A stretch of DNA of 64,000 nt from an uncultured Bacteroidota bacterium (GCA_963768145.1 CAVYHK010000031.1:8187-72186); one strand, 5' to 3'; shown: positions 15,917 to 26,886, counted from the stretch's first letter. Translations and numbers: made by a program. Notes: generated by a model from the sequence alone, not told the origin.

Positions 15917-18724
15917 ATGGTATTCAACTCAGAACAAGGACGCACTGGAAAAATGTTGAGATTAAGAAGAGGAATTCTCTTCGTTTTCTTGGTAGCGCAG
16001 ATAATTCCGGCTTACGCTCAAAAATACGTGGGGAATTTTAGATCGTTCTCTGCAAGCGGCAAGAAGATCTCAATCCAATCCGACAGCTCTGGCTTCGTGT
16101 TTGTTTTCTATAAGCCTAATCTTGTCCGCGTCGATTTCCTGCCTACGCTGTCTACAACCTTTGACAGTTCGGTGGTCGTTGTTCAAGATACAACTATGCC
16201 GGTCAGCTACATTATAGCGGACAGCGATTCGACTTTAGCGATAGAGACATCTTCTCTCAGCATCTTGTGCCGGAAGTTCCCTCTTCGTATCGGGTTTTAT
16301 TCTACAAACGGGCAGTTCATCATCGGTGAGCCCCTTTCCGGAGGCGCAGCTATCTCCCAATCGGAGAGAATTGCGAATTTTTCTATCCAGCCGAATGAGC
16401 ATTTCTACGGCACAGGTGAGCGAGGGATGAGTCTCGACCTTTGTGGGGAGGCGTTCGACAGCTACAACGAGCAGCATGGCGGTTATGGTGCGCCCGCGCC
16501 ATCGACGATGAATATCAACATACCATTTATTATTTCGACCAATAACTACGGAATCTATTTTGAAAATACGTACGAGGGACAATTCGACGTCGGCAGCTCG
16601 AATCCAAATGTACTCACTTACACTGCCGATGGTGGCGAGCTGTCCTATTATTTCATTTATGATTCAACGATGAAGAATGTATTGTCCGATTACACCTGGC
16701 TGACCGGCCGCGCTCCGCTTCTTCCTAAATGGGCTTATGGTTATATACAATCTAAATACGGATATAGAAACGTGACGGACGCGTCTCAAATGATTCAGAG
16801 AATGAGGAATGACGGCATACCCTGCGACGCAATCATACTGGATCTGTATTGGTACCAGAACATGGGAGACCTTTCATGGAACACAAGCTTGTGGCCAAAT
16901 CCGAGTCAGATTACTAGCAACTTTTTGTCGCAGGGATTCAAGACGATCGTTATCACCGAGCCATATATTGTTCAGTCATCTTCAAACTTCGCGGATGCGA
17001 ATGGCAATGGCTACTTTGCAGATAATTCTTCGTACCAAGCCTACATCCTGAGCAATTGGTGGTCTTGCGGCTGCAATGCAGGCCTTCTCGACATAACGAA
17101 TCCCGTCGCACAAAGTTGGTGGTGGAGCAAGTATTATTCTATCTTCTCGACCGGCGTTTCCGGATTGTGGACCGACCTCGGCGAACCGGAAAGAGATTAT
17201 AGTGATATGCTGTTCTATGGTGGATCAGATTCAAGGATTCACAATATATATGACTTTCTCTGGGCTAAAACTCTGTTCGATGGATTCAACAGCTCATTTC
17301 CAAACAAGCGCTTGTTCAATCTAACGCGTTCGGGATATGCCGGGATTCAGAGATTCGGAGTCGTCACATGGTCGGGAGATGTGTCGAAGACGTTTGGCGG
17401 TCTCGCCGTTCAATTACCATTTCTTCTGAATATGGGAATGTCAGGGATTGCATATCACAATTCGGATATCGGAGGATTCGACAACGGGAACACTACTGCG
17501 GAATTATACACAAGGTGGATGGAGTTTGGCGCATTCTGTCCGGTCATGAGAGCGCACGGATATGACGGCGACAACGGAACTGAACCATGGACATTCGGCA
17601 CAGCGACGGAGGACATCGTCAGGAAGATGATCGAGTTGCGTTATTCGCTCCTTCCTTATAACTACACCATGGCACACGAGACTTTTGAATCTGGTATTCC
17701 TCTCGCAAGACCGCTGATCCTCGAATACCCCGGCGATCCGAATGTTTACGATGAAAGTTCTGCCTACATGTGGGGAGACAATATACTTGTGGCGCCAGTT
17801 GTACAATCGGGGGAAAAGTCACAAACCTTTTATTTACCGGCGGGAAGGTGGTTTGACTATTGGACGGATAAGATTTACAATGGCGGAACAACAGTCAGCG
17901 TTGACGCGCCGCTAAATGAAGTTCCGCTTTTCATAAAAGCGGGCAGCATAATCCCGATGCAGCAAGTAATGAATTATGTCGATGAGTTCCCAGCCGACAC
18001 TATGGTACTCGCGATCTATCCCGATCCAAACGCAGTCTCGACATTCTCTGTTTACGAAGACGACGGAAAAACTTTGGATTATCAAAATGGCGCATCGGCA
18101 TCGACTCAGTTCAGTGAATCAATGGGTTCGAGCGGCAATCGATCGAGAATGCAAATTTCTGTCGGTGCCTCGATCGGAAGCTACGATGGCAAGCCGGCAA
18201 ATCGCGTTTATGTCTGTGAAATTCACAAGGTTTCCTATCTTCCCGCGGGCGCAGAAGTTTCTAATCTGGTTTCAGGCGAAAATTCCGGACTCGGGTTATG
18301 TTCTTCGGTAGATTCTCTAAATTCATCTGCATCGGGATATTTTTACGATACATCGGCTCAAATTCTATATGTCAAGACCTCAGCAGATGCAGACAGCGAA
18401 TATTCTATCGTGATAGACAGTGTGGATGTCGCCGGCGTAAAAGACAATTCCAATCTGCCATCGGGGTACAGACTGGGACAGAATTTTCCAAATCCATTCA
18501 ATCCGTCAACGATTATCTCGTACGATTTGCCGAAGGCATCACATGTGCTGCTGGTAGTGTACGATGATCTGGGCAGGAAGGTGAGGACGCTCGTTGACCA
18601 GCAGAAACCTGCGGGAAGCTATCAGGTTGTGTTTGACGCGAGCGATCTTCCGAGCGGAATGTATTTCTACAAGATTACTGCCGGAGCATTTACAGCGACT
18701 AAGAAACTCGTGTTGGTTAAGTAG
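15917..18724 (+). CDS. Glycoside hydrolase family 31 (alpha-glucosidase/xylosidase-like) with T9SS CTD
   Basis: GYIQSKYGY, WTDLGEPE nucleophile, WSGDV, SDIGGF, YEDDG; CTD QNFPNPFNPST...KKLVLVK (start may be 15953). Confidence 0.95.
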   Translation: MVFNSEQGRTGKMLRLRRGILFVFLVAQIIPAYAQKYVGNFRSFSASGKKISIQSDSSGFVFVFYKPNLVRVDFLPTLSTTFDSSVVVVQDTTMPVSYIIADSDSTLAIETSSLSILCRKFPLRIGFYSTNGQFIIGEPLSGGAAISQSERIANFSIQPNEHFYGTGERGMSLDLCGEAFDSYNEQHGGYGAPAPSTMNINIPFIISTNNYGIYFENTYEGQFDVGSSNPNVLTYTADGGELSYYFIYDSTMKNVLSDYTWLTGRAPLLPKWAYGYIQSKYGYRNVTDASQMIQRMRNDGIPCDAIILDLYWYQNMGDLSWNTSLWPNPSQITSNFLSQGFKTIVITEPYIVQSSSNFADANGNGYFADNSSYQAYILSNWWSCGCNAGLLDITNPVAQSWWWSKYYSIFSTGVSGLWTDLGEPERDYSDMLFYGGSDSRIHNIYDFLWAKTLFDGFNSSFPNKRLFNLTRSGYAGIQRFGVVTWSGDVSKTFGGLAVQLPFLLNMGMSGIAYHNSDIGGFDNGNTTAELYTRWMEFGAFCPVMRAHGYDGDNGTEPWTFGTATEDIVRKMIELRYSLLPYNYTMAHETFESGIPLARPLILEYPGDPNVYDESSAYMWGDNILVAPVVQSGEKSQTFYLPAGRWFDYWTDKIYNGGTTVSVDAPLNEVPLFIKAGSIIPMQQVMNYVDEFPADTMVLAIYPDPNAVSTFSVYEDDGKTLDYQNGASASTQFSESMGSSGNRSRMQISVGASIGSYDGKPANRVYVCEIHKVSYLPAGAEVSNLVSGENSGLGLCSSVDSLNSSASGYFYDTSAQILYVKTSADADSEYSIVIDSVDVAGVKDNSNLPSGYRLGQNFPNPFNPSTIISYDLPKASHVLLVVYDDLGRKVRTLVDQQKPAGSYQVVFDASDLPSGMYFYKITAGAFTATKKLVLVK

Positions 18725-18823
18725 TCTCAGCTCTGCAGATGTGACTTGATTTCCTTTGTCCTCGTGCGTGCCGGAACTACTGAGCCATGTTGCTGTCGTC
18801 TGGCAGTGACAAATCTCTTCCTC

Positions 18824-20032
18824 TTAAGGTTCGGCTGTATTTAGCGGTTTCAGAGCGACTTCAATTATGTTCTCATCCTTCTGCATCTCGACCAGCCTCT
18901 CATTTGATGGTGCGCCATCAAGGAGCAGCGTGCAGCAGGCGGCCTTCGACTTCTCGAAAATTATGTTTGTCATCTCCTCAATGTTGATTCCGTCGTTTCG
19001 AAGCTTATCAAGTATTCCTGCGAGAACCCCGACTCGGTTATAATGTCGAACCACGAGCGACTGCGTAGCAGATGAGCGCGCCCGGATATTGACTGTGTTC
19101 ACCGGCACACCTGTCTCTTGAAATGACTTGACGATCCGCACCACCTCATCGGCAATTGCTTCCGAAGCCTGATCGGTCGATGCGCCAATGTGAGGTGTCG
19201 CGGTGACCATGGCTGCGAGCTCCTTATCGACGAACGGCGCTTCACCCCCCGTTGGCTCGTTCTCGAAAACGTCCATGCCGACACGAAGTTTCTTCGTTCT
19301 GACTGCATCCTTCAAAGCTTGTGTGTCGACCACCTCGCCCCTCGAAGTATTTATGAGAATTGCCCCGGGCTTCATGGAATCGAGAAAGGACTGATTGACC
19401 ATGTGGTGAGTCTCCTCTTTGTACGCAACATGGATAGTAACTGCATCCGATTGCTGTGCGAGCGTCTTAGGATCCGAAACACGGACAACACCAAGTTCCT
19501 GTGCCGCTTCTTCGGTTAGATTTCTCGACCATGCAATCACTTTCATCTCGAGACCCAGGGCGCGCCTTGCTACCGCTCTGCCAATGGCTCCGAGCCCGAT
19601 TATTCCCAGTGTGCGCCCCTTGAGTCCTCGTGCTTTGCCGTATTCTTTCTTTTTCCATGATCCGTTTCGTAGATCGGATGTCGCATTTGGTATCTGTCGG
19701 TCTGCCGCGATCAAAAGTCCAATCGCGAGTTCAGCGACGGCCTCGGTGTTTTTCCCGGGGCAGTTTGAGACATAGATACCTCTTGCGTTAGCGGCATTTA
19801 GGTCGATTGTGTTTACTCCGGCTCCTGCACGGATGATGAGAGAAAGATTCGGCGCCGCTTCGATTGTCTTAGATGTGACCTTCGTCGAACGGACAACAAG
19901 AATGTCCGAATCCCCGATGGCTTGCGGGAGGTTATCTGCGGTCAATTCAGGATTTACCGTGACTTCCATCCCAAGTTTCTTTAACGCCGAAACTGTCTTA
20001 TCCGATAGCTTGTCAGCAATGAGGACTTTCAT
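18824..20032 (-). CDS. serA: D-3-phosphoglycerate dehydrogenase (with ACT domain)
   Basis: IIRAGAGVNTID, GLGAIG, INTSRG, TPHIGAST, C-terminal HYNRVGVLAGI ACT. Confidence 0.85.
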   Translation of the reverse strand: MKVLIADKLSDKTVSALKKLGMEVTVNPELTADNLPQAIGDSDILVVRSTKVTSKTIEAAPNLSLIIRAGAGVNTIDLNAANARGIYVSNCPGKNTEAVAELAIGLLIAADRQIPNATSDLRNGSWKKKEYGKARGLKGRTLGIIGLGAIGRAVARRALGLEMKVIAWSRNLTEEAAQELGVVRVSDPKTLAQQSDAVTIHVAYKEETHHMVNQSFLDSMKPGAILINTSRGEVVDTQALKDAVRTKKLRVGMDVFENEPTGGEAPFVDKELAAMVTATPHIGASTDQASEAIADEVVRIVKSFQETGVPVNTVNIRARSSATQSLVVRHYNRVGVLAGILDKLRNDGINIEEMTNIIFEKSKAACCTLLLDGAPSNERLVEMQKDENIIEVALKPLNTAEP

Positions 20033-20122
20033 AATTGCTCCTTTCTGATGAAGGTTGAACTTGCTGAGTTGCCTTTTGGGTCAACTCAGAGTTGGACGCG
20101 ATATTTTGATCCTTGTATTGAA

Positions 20123-20151
20123 AATTTAGTTCCTCTTTTATTGAGATTCAA
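20123..20151 (-). promoter_or_regulatory. sigma70-like promoter for serA
   Basis: Minus strand TTGAAT-N17-TAAATT. Confidence 0.55.
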
Positions 20152-20239
20152 AGCCACCAGCTTGGCGGGTTGCTAAGGGCTATCCGAAACTCGCAAACCC
20201 ATGAGGATTATCTTCATCGCAGTAATCGCACATTGAGGT

Positions 20240-20255
20240 TGTGACTCATCTCACT
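20240..20255. promoter_or_regulatory. CRP/FNR-family-like operator
   Basis: TGTGA-ctcatc-TCACT in the divergent serA / DUF362 intergenic region. Confidence 0.4.
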
Positions 20256-20391
20256 TTGTTTAGAGAAGGGCCTTTCCTATGAATAGAAAGGTGCTAACTA
20301 AAGATGTAACTTGAAACAAAGACCGCTCTTAGAGACCTTGACAGGTTAGATTAATTTTTCTCAAATAATGCTAGCATAATCCGGAGGCTAT

Positions 20392-21909
20392 ATGAAGGAA
20401 AAAGATACTGAGAACTTCGCTGAACTGGATTCTTCACGGCGAAGATTTATAAAGACAGTCGGCACTGCTGCTGCAGGTTTACTCGTTGTCCCTTACCTGC
20501 GACCATCGGGGGTCTTCGCCTACGCGCACAAGGGGACCTCTTTTTCAAAAAGCCCGCTAGACTACCTTGCGACCGTCGCAATAACAAATACAAATCCATC
20601 TACGGGCTCCCTCCCGGCAGATAGCTACGTTTACGATGACGCCGGAGGCGGCGTCAAACAGAAAGTGTACTACCTTCTCGGATTGCTCGATCAAAATCAA
20701 TCTGGCAAGGTGTCAGCCTTGTTTAGCACGGGAAAAAAAGTCGTAATAAAAATGAATTTGACGGGTGGATCGAGCAATGCAACAAGTCCGAACCTGAAGG
20801 GGCTTCCCGCGACTGAAGTTATATGGTCCCATCCGATGGTTGTCGAGGCCGTGGTACAGTTTATAATTGATGCGGGCGTTTCGCCAAGCGACATCTCAAT
20901 AGTGGATAGCCTTGGAAGCGGCGACTCTTTCACCAAATCTGCCTATCAGGGCTACGTGGATGCCAAGAATGCATTGGGATGCAATCTGGTTGACACTACC
21001 CAGGGTACTTTTGTTGACATCCCCATCACAGGCGGTTTTAATTTTTCGTCTATCCATATGAATCAGATATTTAAAGATGCGGACGTCTATGTTTCAGTCC
21101 CGAAATTGAAGCAGCATGCCACAGCTGGACTGACATGTTCGATCAAGAATCAGATGGGGGCGACGCCACAATCATACTACGAGTTGAGTGGTTATACTTA
21201 TCGGCGGGAAAGGCTTCACCATGCATCGGGCACTGCCTCAGAATGGAATTACCTGCCCGAGACTCTCTGCGATTTGAATGCAGCCCGGCCGGTCCATCTT
21301 GCCGTGGTTGACGGAATCAAATCCGCTGTCGGCGGGGAGGGACCTTGGAATGTTCCCACCTGCCCCTTCGCTCCCGCCTCAAAACACGTTTTGATTGCTG
21401 GATTGGACCCGGTTGCAACCGATACGATTGGTGCAAAAATTATGGGACTCGATCCTGAAGCAACGACTCTGACTTTACCAGGGCCGCTTACGGACAATGG
21501 TGTTTCATCCACAGAGTGCGATAACTATCTGAACCTTCTCAACGGAAGGAACGGTTGGACAAATCAACTAAATAGCATTAACATCGTCGGTGACGGGAAA
21601 AACTTGGTAACCGCAATACGACCGAAGGTTGAGGCACAGCAGCCCAAAGAATTCAAGCTGGGCGCGAACTATCCGAATCCGTTTAATCCATCGACCATGA
21701 TAGTTTTTTATTTGCCGCGCAATGAACATGTGACGTTGAAGGTGTATGACGTTGCCGGCCGTGCCATAGAGACCCTTGTTGATGGCGTGGCCCCTGCAGG
21801 CGAACACAAATTGCAATGGAACGCGACGGGGTTGGCAAGCGGCATTTATATTTGCAGAATGCAGGCCGGGAATTTCTCCGAAACGATAAAAATGGTTTAT
21901 CAGAAGTAA
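20392..21909 (+). CDS. Tat-signal DUF362-domain protein with T9SS CTD (paralog 1)
   Basis: SRRRFIK twin-arginine motif; KVVIKMNL, VSVPKLKQH, SIKNQMG, VVDGI, DPVATD DUF362 motifs; NYPNPFNPST CTD. Confidence 0.88.
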   Translation: MKEKDTENFAELDSSRRRFIKTVGTAAAGLLVVPYLRPSGVFAYAHKGTSFSKSPLDYLATVAITNTNPSTGSLPADSYVYDDAGGGVKQKVYYLLGLLDQNQSGKVSALFSTGKKVVIKMNLTGGSSNATSPNLKGLPATEVIWSHPMVVEAVVQFIIDAGVSPSDISIVDSLGSGDSFTKSAYQGYVDAKNALGCNLVDTTQGTFVDIPITGGFNFSSIHMNQIFKDADVYVSVPKLKQHATAGLTCSIKNQMGATPQSYYELSGYTYRRERLHHASGTASEWNYLPETLCDLNAARPVHLAVVDGIKSAVGGEGPWNVPTCPFAPASKHVLIAGLDPVATDTIGAKIMGLDPEATTLTLPGPLTDNGVSSTECDNYLNLLNGRNGWTNQLNSINIVGDGKNLVTAIRPKVEAQQPKEFKLGANYPNPFNPSTMIVFYLPRNEHVTLKVYDVAGRAIETLVDGVAPAGEHKLQWNATGLASGIYICRMQAGNFSETIKMVYQK

Positions 21910-22273
21910 AGGACTGAAACCCTCGAAGCTGCTCGACGAATTCCCCTGAGTAACGGCCATCTTCAAGAAGACTGGTCGCAAAAACATCGGTTGCGACAGT
22001 GAGGATGTGCGCCGTGTGCCTTCAAGTCAAGTTGAACGAACCACTCGCCTTAGAGTTGACACAACGTCAAGTGGTAAACCAAAGACGGTTTTTCTCAATG
22101 ATCAAAGAGCGTTCTTTGCGATCTGAACCTGAATGAATAATTGTTTCGAACTGGATAGATTGATATCCGTATATTCCGTAACTTCTGAGGTTCTCGCGTA
22201 TCGCGATGAAACGGAATTCGAGAGTATCTCTTGAAATCTTGTGCATCAAACCAAATAAAGGTTGGGAAGCTTT

Positions 22274-23797
22274 ATGAAAGAAAAATCAAAGTCCTCACTC
22301 GCGGCAGAAATTAACAATTCTATAGAAATGGATTCTTCGAGGCGAAGATTTATAAAGACAGTCGGCACGGCGGCGGCTGGATTGCTCGTTGTTCCGTATT
22401 TGAAACCGTCGGGAGTTTTTGCCTACAATCATAAACGCACTTCTTCTTACCTGGCAACGGTCGCTATCACCAATACGACAGGCACTCCCGCTGATAGCTA
22501 TACTTATGATGATTCTAACGGCGGCATCAAACAGAAAGTGGAATATCTCTTTAGCCAGCTCGATGGGGTTTCCAGTTTGTTTAGCAAGGGCAAGAAAGTT
22601 GGGATAAAAATAAATCTGACTGGCGGTTCAGGCAACGCTGATAAAAACGGAAATGTTGACGGCGTGCCTATCGGGGAAATCATGTGGACTCATCCGACCG
22701 TTATTCAAGCGGTGGGTGAATTCATTCTCAGTTGCGGTGTTAATCCCGGCGACCTTTACATCGTGGATTCCTTCTGGGACACCACCTGGAAGAATGCAGG
22801 ATCTACAGCACCGTTCGGCTCCAACGACAGATTCGGTTATCTGGCAGTTCAAAAGGCTTTGGGCTGTAACGTAGTCGATCTAAACGACACGACCGCAGCC
22901 AATATCACAACCATATCAACCGGAAGCAATTACTTCAACTTCCCTTCGTTCACTATGAACAAAATATTAGAGGAAGTCGATGTCTATGTGTCGATTCCCA
23001 AATTGAAGCAGCATTCTATGGGCGGCCTTACATCCGCACTCAAGAATCAGATCGGGACGGTTCCCATGACGTTATACACAATAACCGGCGATAACGGCCG
23101 CAGAGGAAAGCTTCACCATGCCGCAAGCACCGATCCGGAATGGAAATACTTGCCCGAGACGATTTGCGATCTAAATGCAGCTCGCCCAGTCCATCTTGCT
23201 GTTGTCGATGGAATTAAGAACGCGACGGGCGGGGAGGGAGCCTGGTGTGCGAATTTTGCGCCGTGCACGAAGCATGTTCTGATTGCGGGAATAGATCCTG
23301 TTGCGACTGATAGCATCGGTGCGTACATCATGGGCCTCGATTGTGAGGCAAAGACTCTCCCGTTGCCTGCCAAGATGACGGACGGCACCGCGACCTCTAC
23401 GACAACCGATAACTATCTCTATCTTCTCAATGCAAAAGGTGTCGGTACAAACCAACTGAAAGAGATCAACATTATCGGTGACGGAGCAAATCTGATTACC
23501 TCGGTCCGACCAAATATTGATACGACACAGCCTGCTGATTTCAAACTCTGTGCGAATTTTCCAAATCCGTTCAATCCATCAACGATAATTGTCTTTTATT
23601 TGCCACAAAATGAGCACGTTAGTCTGAAGGTTTTCGACGTCACGGGTCGGGCAATCGAGACACTTGTTGAAGGAGAGGTTCCTGCTGGCGAGCACCGTTT
23701 GCATTGGAGCGCGACTGGCCTGGCAAGCGGAGTCTATATTTGCAGAATGCAGGCAGGAAATTTCTCTGAAACAATAAAGATGTTGTATCAAAAATAG
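22274..23797 (+). CDS. Tat-signal DUF362-domain protein with T9SS CTD (paralog 2)
   Basis: Identical DSSRRRFIKTVGTAAAGLLVVPYL; same DUF362 motifs and CTD. Confidence 0.88.
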   Translation: MKEKSKSSLAAEINNSIEMDSSRRRFIKTVGTAAAGLLVVPYLKPSGVFAYNHKRTSSYLATVAITNTTGTPADSYTYDDSNGGIKQKVEYLFSQLDGVSSLFSKGKKVGIKINLTGGSGNADKNGNVDGVPIGEIMWTHPTVIQAVGEFILSCGVNPGDLYIVDSFWDTTWKNAGSTAPFGSNDRFGYLAVQKALGCNVVDLNDTTAANITTISTGSNYFNFPSFTMNKILEEVDVYVSIPKLKQHSMGGLTSALKNQIGTVPMTLYTITGDNGRRGKLHHAASTDPEWKYLPETICDLNAARPVHLAVVDGIKNATGGEGAWCANFAPCTKHVLIAGIDPVATDSIGAYIMGLDCEAKTLPLPAKMTDGTATSTTTDNYLYLLNAKGVGTNQLKEINIIGDGANLITSVRPNIDTTQPADFKLCANFPNPFNPSTIIVFYLPQNEHVSLKVFDVTGRAIETLVEGEVPAGEHRLHWSATGLASGVYICRMQAGNFSETIKMLYQK

Positions 23798-23980
23798 CAG
23801 AGAGCTTTGTCCAGATAGGCACGAGAACGCGAGTAGTACACAAGGGAATTAAGTGCGTGGAACTCGTTGCCGCTTCATGTCTTAACGGCATAAGCGTTCT
23901 TTCTTCTAATTCTCGAAGGCCTCCGCAGACCTTCTCACAAGTATCTGCAAGCGCATCCTTGCGAGGACGAGATCCGAATT

Positions 23981-26548
23981 TTGAGATTCGCAAGTAAACA
24001 TATTTGGGCATTTGGCGCGGCAATATTGTATCTGTTTGTTGGAGTCTCAGCGGCGCTCGCTCTTAATCTCCACAAAAGCATTTCTCAGTATGGTCATAGT
24101 TCCTGGATTCGTGAGAACGGTTTGCCAGCGAATGATGTCAAAGTGGTTCTTCAGACACGTAATGGATACATTTGGCTGGGCACCACATCAGGTCTGTTCC
24201 GTTTCGACGGTGTGGACTTCAGCGAGGTGATGACAAACCCGGACAATTCAAGAATCCATGAATCGATTTCTGCTCTGTGTGAGACCGAAGATTCGAGTCT
24301 GTGGATCGGGACTCAGTTTGGGGGATTGCGGAGGTTGAAAGACGGCAGGATAGACCGCTATACCTCAGACAACGGATTCTATGATACGCAGGTTAACGAC
24401 CTGTTTGAGACGAGGGACGGGCGGCTCTTGATTGGCACAGCGATCGGGATCTTTGTGTTCCGAGACGGGAAGTTCAAAAATGTTTTTGCCAATCCCAATT
24501 ACATAACAAATCTTGCTGAAGATTCGTTTGGGAGAATCTGGGCAGGCACCTATGACGGGGTACGATTATTGGATGGCACTCACTTCACCAAAACCCAAAG
24601 CATTACCGTCGCAGATGGCTTGCCTAATAACTTGATTACTTTCTTCTATGTGGATCACGAAGCAAATGTCTGGATTGGTACTTTTAACGGCCTGGCACGT
24701 TGGAAAAACGGAATAATTACTACCTATAACGTTGTCAACGGTTTGTCAGATTATCATATCAACGCAATATTTGAAGACCGTGACGGTAATCTTTGGGTAG
24801 GAACCCAGAGAGGGATTAATCGCCTCTGCGAGAATAAATGGACCTCGTATAATACTTCGGATGGGCTGACGGCGAACAATGTTTTATCATTTGCTGAAGA
24901 TCGGGAGGGAAGTATCTGGGTTGCGACGGATAATGGATTGGACCAATTCAAGGACGTCAACATTACCACGTTAACAAAATCCGAGGGCCTTTCAGACAAC
25001 CATATCTGTGGCGTGATCGAGACTGCAGACGGCGCGCGATATTTTCTTAGTGACCAAGGAGCAAGCGTTACGCGGCTCGAAAATGACAAGGATACGGTGT
25101 ATAACATTCCTGTCGGGCCTGCCTATTTGGCGCGAGATGGCAGTGTTTGGATTGGGCAGAGTGGATCCCTTTTCAATATAAGGAAGGGAAGGGTTATCCA
25201 GTATGATGCGCATGCTGGTCTGCCATCCAAATGGATCTCAGCTATCGCCGAAGATGGTAAAAGCATATTCATGTACCTGGATCACGCCGGGATCTTTCGA
25301 TTCATTAATGGGCGATTGGAGCCTTATCTGCTCGCTGATCGAGTTAGGTTTCCAATGCCTCAAGAATACGTAACGTGTTTCTATCAGCAATCAGATAATT
25401 TGCTGTGGGTCGGTACTGCGGATTCGCTGGTGAAAGTGCAGAATGGGAAGATCGTTGGTTTCACGACAACAGATGGCTTAGCCGGTAATTGGGTAAGTTC
25501 CATATTTGACGATGAACAAGGGAGCCTCTGGATAAGCTCTCCGCAGGGAGGACTCGCTCGCTACAGGGATGGAAAGTTTACTCCTTACACAACTAAGATT
25601 GGCCTGTTCAATGCCCAGGTTTTTTGCGTGCTTGGTGACGATTGCGGTGGTCTTTGGTTGAGCAGCCCTGAAGGAATCGGCTATGTTAAGAAACAGGAGC
25701 TTGACGATTATGCTGACCATCGAATTCAAAAAATCAATTCGAAAGTCTATTCAACTGCCGACGGCATGAAAACAGACGAGTGTTGGGGTGGATGGCAGCC
25801 CGCCGGCTGGAAATCAAAAGACGGCGATATCTGGTTCGCGACACGAAATGGGGCAGTGATGATCGATCCTAAGGGCTTCAAAAAAAATGAGCTTCCTCCA
25901 CCCGTGTTGATCGAAAAGGTCGTTGCAGACCAGAAGTCAATCGCCGCTGGCAAAGTCACGACGTTTCCGCCTGGGACAGACAAGTTTGAGTTCCACTATA
26001 GTGCTCTGAGTTTCTTGGTTCCTCAAAGAGTCATGTTCAAATATAAACTCATGGGATATGACCGCGATTGGATTGATGCCGGAACGCGGCGAGCGGCCTA
26101 CTATACGAACCTTCCACCCGGCGACTATCAGTTCCGGGTTGTAGCAAGTAACAATGACGGAGTATGGAATGAAACCGGTGCAAGTTTCAGCTTCACGCTC
26201 GAGCCGCAATTCTTCCAGACATATTGGTTCTACGTCTTAATGTTCGTGATTGCCGGGGGTTTCGTGTTTGGTACCTATCGCCTCCGGGTTTTACAATTGT
26301 TGAGAAGAGAAAAGGAGCTGAATGTCCGCATCCAGGATGCACTTGCAAACATAAAGACCTTGAGCGGATTAATACCGATTTGCTCGAACTGCAAGAGGAT
26401 TCGAGATGACAAAGGGTACTGGGAGTTTTTGGAGAAGTACATACAAAGCCATTCGGAGGCGCAATTCTCCCATGGCATTTGTCCGGACTGCGTTGCAAAA
26501 TTATATCCCGATTTGCTTCCGGAGTTGGATAAAAAGAAAAAGAAATAG
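23981..26548 (+). CDS. Two-component-regulator-propeller / Y_Y_Y ligand-binding sensor with C-terminal Cys/His zinc-binding domain, no kinase
   Basis: Repeated EDxxGxxWxGT propeller motifs, YTNLPPGDYQFRV, one TM, then LIPICSNCKRIRDD...SHGICPDC. Confidence 0.88.
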   Translation: MRFASKHIWAFGAAILYLFVGVSAALALNLHKSISQYGHSSWIRENGLPANDVKVVLQTRNGYIWLGTTSGLFRFDGVDFSEVMTNPDNSRIHESISALCETEDSSLWIGTQFGGLRRLKDGRIDRYTSDNGFYDTQVNDLFETRDGRLLIGTAIGIFVFRDGKFKNVFANPNYITNLAEDSFGRIWAGTYDGVRLLDGTHFTKTQSITVADGLPNNLITFFYVDHEANVWIGTFNGLARWKNGIITTYNVVNGLSDYHINAIFEDRDGNLWVGTQRGINRLCENKWTSYNTSDGLTANNVLSFAEDREGSIWVATDNGLDQFKDVNITTLTKSEGLSDNHICGVIETADGARYFLSDQGASVTRLENDKDTVYNIPVGPAYLARDGSVWIGQSGSLFNIRKGRVIQYDAHAGLPSKWISAIAEDGKSIFMYLDHAGIFRFINGRLEPYLLADRVRFPMPQEYVTCFYQQSDNLLWVGTADSLVKVQNGKIVGFTTTDGLAGNWVSSIFDDEQGSLWISSPQGGLARYRDGKFTPYTTKIGLFNAQVFCVLGDDCGGLWLSSPEGIGYVKKQELDDYADHRIQKINSKVYSTADGMKTDECWGGWQPAGWKSKDGDIWFATRNGAVMIDPKGFKKNELPPPVLIEKVVADQKSIAAGKVTTFPPGTDKFEFHYSALSFLVPQRVMFKYKLMGYDRDWIDAGTRRAAYYTNLPPGDYQFRVVASNNDGVWNETGASFSFTLEPQFFQTYWFYVLMFVIAGGFVFGTYRLRVLQLLRREKELNVRIQDALANIKTLSGLIPICSNCKRIRDDKGYWEFLEKYIQSHSEAQFSHGICPDCVAKLYPDLLPELDKKKKK

Positions 26549-26886
26549 CAAGTGGGTCGCACCAATGCTGCTGAATCGCATGGACCGATTATTTTGATTC
26601 AACAATTGTGAATTCAGAATCTCCCGGAGTGGTGCTTCGGAGGAAACTTTGAATTACCTTTTGTAAACGTTTGTGGGTAGATTTCTTCACACGGATGTAA
26701 ACTTTACCGATAATGGTGCGAGGTTAGCTTCTGCGGAAACAATTTACGCTGTCATAAGTGCTCAATCTGCAATAGGTTGCCGTCAGTCCATGGGATTCAT
26801 GGATTCTCAGAAGGTCGGTATGGAATTGGATAGTTATATTCTTGAGAATTGGTTGATGAGACCCGAGCAAAATGAATGATTGCGGT

